The notes beneath the pieces are model-generated. The model made no database searches, was not told the DNA's origin, and worked only from the letters and a program-made list of their open reading frames with translations. Below, one piece after another: positions 6,798 through 10,627 of a stretch of 10,627 nt of DNA. The stretch spans positions 1 to 10,627 of the forward strand of contig JAQVTI010000019.1 in NCBI GenBank assembly GCA_028700115.1. Reading direction: 5' to 3'. Every line of letters starts with the position of its first letter. The first letter of the stretch is position 1. The position numbers were made by a program, and so were the translations under genes. Origin of the DNA: Candidatus Iainarchaeum sp. GTDB lineage: Archaea; Iainarchaeota; Iainarchaeia; Iainarchaeales; CSSED10-239.

Positions 6798-9700
6798 TTT
6801 ATAAACATCTCCGACAAAATTACTTCTTTAGGCCCTTCAATATTTCCTGAAAAACTTGCATAAGTCTCTTTAAAAAATTCAGAATGTTCTGGAATAATCA
6901 CTCTAATTTTTGCAAGTATTTTTATAGGATTAATGTCTTCCTTTTTAATTGCATCATTTAATTTTTGAAGTGTTTTTTTTGTTATCGAACCATTTTGAAT
7001 TAAATTTAATATACTTCTTAAATATTCTTCATCATCATCAGTTAATCCTATGGGTTTTTTTATCATCGCCTTTATTACAGCTTTAATTTTTCCTTCATGA
7101 CCTCTATTTCCTAAATTTTGAGCATCAACCTCTTTAACAAAGAAATCTGAAAATTCTTTTTTGTTTTGCTCTAATAATTTATAAAAATCATCATTTAATT
7201 TCATTTTTTTATCTAATTTTGTTGCACAAAGTAAATTAACTGCTTCAGAAAAATCAATCTCATTAATAATACCCTCATTATTATAATATAATTTTCGCAA
7301 TTTCCCTTTTTTAAAAAAAGTAAACAATCCAAACATACCTTCTTTTTTCCTACCAGTTCTTGATTTTTTTGGAAGTCTCTTTATTTTTTCAAATAATTCT
7401 GAATCAGTATCTCTAATATCTCGTAATTTTAAAAGCCATTCTAATTCAGAATCTTCCGTTGCATCTTCTCCAGTTACAATTTCTTTAGAATTTAATCTTC
7501 TAAATAATTCATGAGATTTAATCTCTTCATCTGTCAATAATTTTGCATCAGCACCAAGCATTTCTATAAATGATTGAATTTTTACCTCTGCAGCTTCAGT
7601 CAATCCCATTTGATCATTTATCGGGCCTGCGGGAAAAAGATTATAAGTATAAATTTCATCAAAAGGAAGATTTTTTCCAACTCTATTAATACGACCAACT
7701 CTTTGCATCATTCTTATAGGATTCCAGGGTATATCGTAATTTATTACAACATTTGACCTATTTAAATTCACCCCTTCTGACAATATTTCAGTAGTTACTA
7801 AAATTCTGACATCGTTTTTCTTTATTCTTGAAGCAGGATCAAAATTTTCTATAATTCTCTCTCTTATTGATTCTCCTGATGTACTTGAATAAGCTAAAAC
7901 TTGATTACTAAAAATGGGATTTAGCTTTGATTCAAGATATTCAGCAGTTTCTTTTGATTCAGTAAAAACAATCAATTTATTTTTTTTAAGATGTTTATTC
8001 TTCTTTAGAACCTTAATAAATTCTTCAAGTTTTGGATCCGTCTCAACATTCCGCCACATTGCTTCAATTTCATTTAAAATTTTTACGTCTGATTTTAAAT
8101 CTTCAATAAAATCTTTATTAAATTTATCTGCAGGTTCTTTTTTTGCTTTTTCTGCATCTATTAATTTGTCAACAGCATCAATATCATCATCTTCTAATAA
8201 TTCAAAAACTTTAGATGTATATTTTTCGCTGATAAAAACATAACCCTTTTCGTATTCTTCTAAAAATCTTTTATATGAATAAATAAATCGTGAAATTGAT
8301 TTTTTAAAAGCATAAAAACTACTTTCTAATCTTTTTAATAGCAAAATTTTCATCCATCGCCCCATGTTTCTTTGTGGGGTCTGTTGATTTTCAGGAAGCT
8401 CTTCCTTTAAATAAAGTAATGGTGTATAACGAGAATATTTAAAATCCTTTACAACTAATTTTAACGTCTTATTAAAAATATCGTCAACATCATCTGAAAA
8501 ATTATATATTACTGCTTCAGGTTCTTTTACTTTTGGGAAAACCAATTTTTGTTTTTTTAGATCTTTACTATAATATTTATCAATAATTGTTCTTGTTCTT
8601 CTAACCATTAAATATTGTAAAACATTATCTCTAATATCTTGAGCATTTTCTTTTACAACTTTTAAATATTCTTCTTTATTATTTTGTCTATGAAGAGTTT
8701 TTAATTTAGCCTGTAATCCTTTAAAATATTTCTCCAAATCTCTTACTTTAGGATTTGGAAGCGTAGATTTATGTGAATTTTGAAATAATTTAATTAAAGC
8801 TAAAATATCCTGAGGAGTATTGTTTAAAGGGGTCGCAGTTACTAATATTACTCTTTTCCCTCTGCAGATTTTATATAATTGTTCGTACATTTGTGTTGAT
8901 TCTGTTCTAAATCTATGGGCTTCATCAATAATTACATTTCGATATTTATCTGTGCCTCTTTTTAAAACTTGATCTAATTTACCAATAGATTCAAATTCTG
9001 CTTTATTAACCCCAAATTCAAAAAAAGCATTTTTCCAAGAACCGGGATTATTTTTATCTAAAAGAATTGGTGGCGCTAAAACTAATGTCCCACCGTCCAA
9101 TTGTTGAGCAAGCATAGTAGTCATAAATGTTTTTCCAAGACCCACAACATCAGAAATAAAAACACCACCATACTCTTCAAGTTTCATTTTAGCATCTCTA
9201 ACAGCATCCTTTTGATATTCTAACTCCATAAAATTTTCTGGTTTATATTCATTTCTTATTTCTTCTTGATCTAATTGGATTTTATCTTTAAGAAATTCAT
9301 ATAAAAATTTCAAAAATAATTCATAAGGAGGTATTTCATCATTAAGCCATGTATTAGTTTTTATAATTTCAACATACTCTTTAGACACATCTATGGAATT
9401 ATCCCATAACTCATTAAACTTATTTAATGCATAATCATAATCTCTACTGTCTTTAAGTTCTACATTAAACTCTAAATTGTCTTTTAGTCCTGCTTGCGTA
9501 AAATTACTAGAACCTGTAATTACTCTCCCTTTATCTCCAAAGCCCCCGCCATTTGAAGTCATAATATATAATTTTGCATGAATTCGTCCAGTAGGATAAA
9601 CACGAATTTCTAATTTCTTTGATTTAAGCCACTCTATAAATTTTAAAATACCTTCTTCAATATTTTTTGAATCTTTAGAATTATTCATTTCTTCAACAAC

Positions 9701-9994
9701 TTTTTCTGAAAATTGAATTTTTGCTTCTTTACTTGAAAGCCCTAATTGTTGTTGGAGATTAGAATGTTCAGCTTCTTGAATTAAATCAAAAGTCTTATTA
9801 TCTGTGCTAATTCCAATTAAAATCCGTATTTTTTCTGTTGTTTCAAAAGATTTATACATTTCATAAAATCCACTAGTATAAAAATATCCAACTAAACAAT
9901 CAAAAAACTTAGTTCCTTTTGTAAGAACATTAAAACGATCTATAAGCTTGTGCCCATCTTCATTTGTTATGAATTTTGTGTCTGTAGAATTCAT
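6794..9994 (-). CDS. PLD-family domain fused to SNF2/DEAH-box superfamily 2 helicase (1066 aa)
   Basis: N-terminal PLD-like region GRIHAKLYIMTSNGGG...GRVITGSSNFTQAGLKDNLE (HxK plus GSSN). Helicase motifs: VVGLGKTFM (I), VIIDEAHRF (II), VILVTATPLNN (III), VLVTTEILSEGVNLNRSNVVINYDIPWNPIRMMQRVGRINRVG (V/VI). Confidence 0.93.
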   Translation of the reverse strand: MNSTDTKFITNEDGHKLIDRFNVLTKGTKFFDCLVGYFYTSGFYEMYKSFETTEKIRILIGISTDNKTFDLIQEAEHSNLQQQLGLSSKEAKIQFSEKVVEEMNNSKDSKNIEEGILKFIEWLKSKKLEIRVYPTGRIHAKLYIMTSNGGGFGDKGRVITGSSNFTQAGLKDNLEFNVELKDSRDYDYALNKFNELWDNSIDVSKEYVEIIKTNTWLNDEIPPYELFLKFLYEFLKDKIQLDQEEIRNEYKPENFMELEYQKDAVRDAKMKLEEYGGVFISDVVGLGKTFMTTMLAQQLDGGTLVLAPPILLDKNNPGSWKNAFFEFGVNKAEFESIGKLDQVLKRGTDKYRNVIIDEAHRFRTESTQMYEQLYKICRGKRVILVTATPLNNTPQDILALIKLFQNSHKSTLPNPKVRDLEKYFKGLQAKLKTLHRQNNKEEYLKVVKENAQDIRDNVLQYLMVRRTRTIIDKYYSKDLKKQKLVFPKVKEPEAVIYNFSDDVDDIFNKTLKLVVKDFKYSRYTPLLYLKEELPENQQTPQRNMGRWMKILLLKRLESSFYAFKKSISRFIYSYKRFLEEYEKGYVFISEKYTSKVFELLEDDDIDAVDKLIDAEKAKKEPADKFNKDFIEDLKSDVKILNEIEAMWRNVETDPKLEEFIKVLKKNKHLKKNKLIVFTESKETAEYLESKLNPIFSNQVLAYSSTSGESIRERIIENFDPASRIKKNDVRILVTTEILSEGVNLNRSNVVINYDIPWNPIRMMQRVGRINRVGKNLPFDEIYTYNLFPAGPINDQMGLTEAAEVKIQSFIEMLGADAKLLTDEEIKSHELFRRLNSKEIVTGEDATEDSELEWLLKLRDIRDTDSELFEKIKRLPKKSRTGRKKEGMFGLFTFFKKGKLRKLYYNNEGIINEIDFSEAVNLLCATKLDKKMKLNDDFYKLLEQNKKEFSDFFVKEVDAQNLGNRGHEGKIKAVIKAMIKKPIGLTDDDEEYLRSILNLIQNGSITKKTLQKLNDAIKKEDINPIKILAKIRVIIPEHSEFFKETYASFSGNIEGPKEVILSEMFIK

Positions 9995-10023
9995 ATTTAA
10001 TCCAATTTAATAAAATATATTTT

Positions 10024-10049
10024 AGTATATTATATTAGAACATAATACT
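10024..10049. promoter_or_regulatory. Imperfect dyad AGTATATTATATTAGAACATAATACT upstream of the cassette, overlapping a possible -10/TATA element on the minus strand
   Basis: 5-bp perfect outer arms (AGTAT/ATACT) with partial inner symmetry. Minus-strand TATAAT corresponds to plus-strand 10029-10034, about 35 nt upstream of the first cassette ATG (9994). Contains ATTAGAACA (10034-10042), identical to a half of the palindrome at 1271-1286. Confidence 0.35.
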
Positions 10050-10063
10050 TTAAAAAAGGATAA

Positions 10064-10627
10064 TTATAGTTGATCTAGTTTATTTAATATTTCTCTATCT
10101 TCATAATAGTGTTCAGATTGATCTTGTGTGTAGTGGGCCGAGATTGTAGGATATTCAATATCTGGATTGTTTTTTGATTTTTCATTATATAACCCGTTAT
10201 AATTCTTTACATGACCATGAACATGTAGTTTAAAATTAAATCTCTCTTTAAACATAGTTATATCATAACTACCTAAATATGTAAATTTATTTGTACTAGG
10301 ATGATGTGATATAAAAATGGTATTTCTTGCTAATTTAGATAAATTAGATAGGCTAGGTTTATGCTCCGGTTTTAAAAACAAATTATAATAACATTTACAT
10401 TCAGAATCGCTTTTTTGAGATATTCTATTTACCCCAGTAACATAAATTTTAGATCCTAATTGTATTAATTCTAAATCGTTTGGAAAATAAATATATTCAT
10501 TAATTTTTTTCCCATTAGGGAAAATAAATTCTTTGCTTATTTCAGAATCATGATTCCCTTTATAACAGATTATAGGAATACCTAATTTATTACAATTTAC
10601 CATAAATTCATAAAAATCAGCTATTCT
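10064..10627 (-). CDS. Calcineurin-like metallophosphoesterase, N-terminus truncated by window end
   Basis: Frame stays open past the track's Met at 10603 to the window edge (adds RIADFYEF). Motifs: PIICYKGNHDSE (GNHD), TIFISHHPS, FKLHVHGHVKN (GH.H). The true start lies beyond 10627. Confidence 0.88.
   Translation of the reverse strand, partial: RIADFYEFMVNCNKLGIPIICYKGNHDSEISKEFIFPNGKKINEYIYFPNDLELIQLGSKIYVTGVNRISQKSDSECKCYYNLFLKPEHKPSLSNLSKLARNTIFISHHPSTNKFTYLGSYDITMFKERFNFKLHVHGHVKNYNGLYNEKSKNNPDIEYPTISAHYTQDQSEHYYEDREILNKLDQL

Noticed and set aside
7574-7756. Plus-strand 60-aa ORF
   Set aside because: Antisense to the conserved helicase motifs V/VI of the 1066-aa protein; short with no domain.
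7914-8243. Plus-strand 109-aa ORF
   Set aside because: Antisense to the helicase region between the two RecA lobes; Ser/Phe-rich mirror composition, no domain.
1406-9994. Cassette as a canonical DISARM, BREX, type I or type III R-M locus
   Set aside because: No DrmA/DrmB, PglZ/BrxC/BrxL, HsdS, or Mod/Res pair is visible in the window. Partners outside the window cannot be excluded, so this is a provisional rejection needing a profile search.
1-10627. Transposon, integrase, tRNA or CRISPR elements
   Set aside because: No transposase/integrase motifs, terminal inverted repeats, tRNA-like folds or regularly spaced repeats were recognised by eye.

Overview
AT-rich window in which every well-supported gene is on the minus strand. 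The core (9994 down to 1406) is a tightly packed four-gene cassette. All three junctions are 4-nt ATGA start/stop overlaps, so the genes are probably transcribed and translated as one unit. In transcription order it encodes: (1) a 1066-aa fusion of a PLD-family (HxK) domain with an SNF2/DEAH helicase; (2) a 444-aa AlbA_2/Schlafen-like plus GHKL ATPase plus winged-helix protein (COG2865-like) with an (NVDT)n linker encoded by a perfect 12-bp tandem repeat; (3) an 1140-aa Eco57I/PglX-like N6-adenine DNA methyltransferase with its own TaqI-like C-terminal specificity region; and (4) a 213-aa protein with a PD...ExK nuclease-like signature. The cassette looks like a multi-gene DNA-modification defence system. 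It does not match the gene sets of classical type I/II/III R-M, BREX or DISARM as I know them. Flanking it are a truncated AAA ATPase (AAA_15/RloC-AbiL-like) missed by the ORF track (1..1054) and a truncated metallophosphoesterase (10064..10627). A 16-bp perfect palindrome in the 352-nt gap before the ATPase gene shares a 9-bp half-site with a dyad upstream of the cassette, suggesting a common operator. Plus-strand ORFs in the track are judged to be spurious antisense frames.
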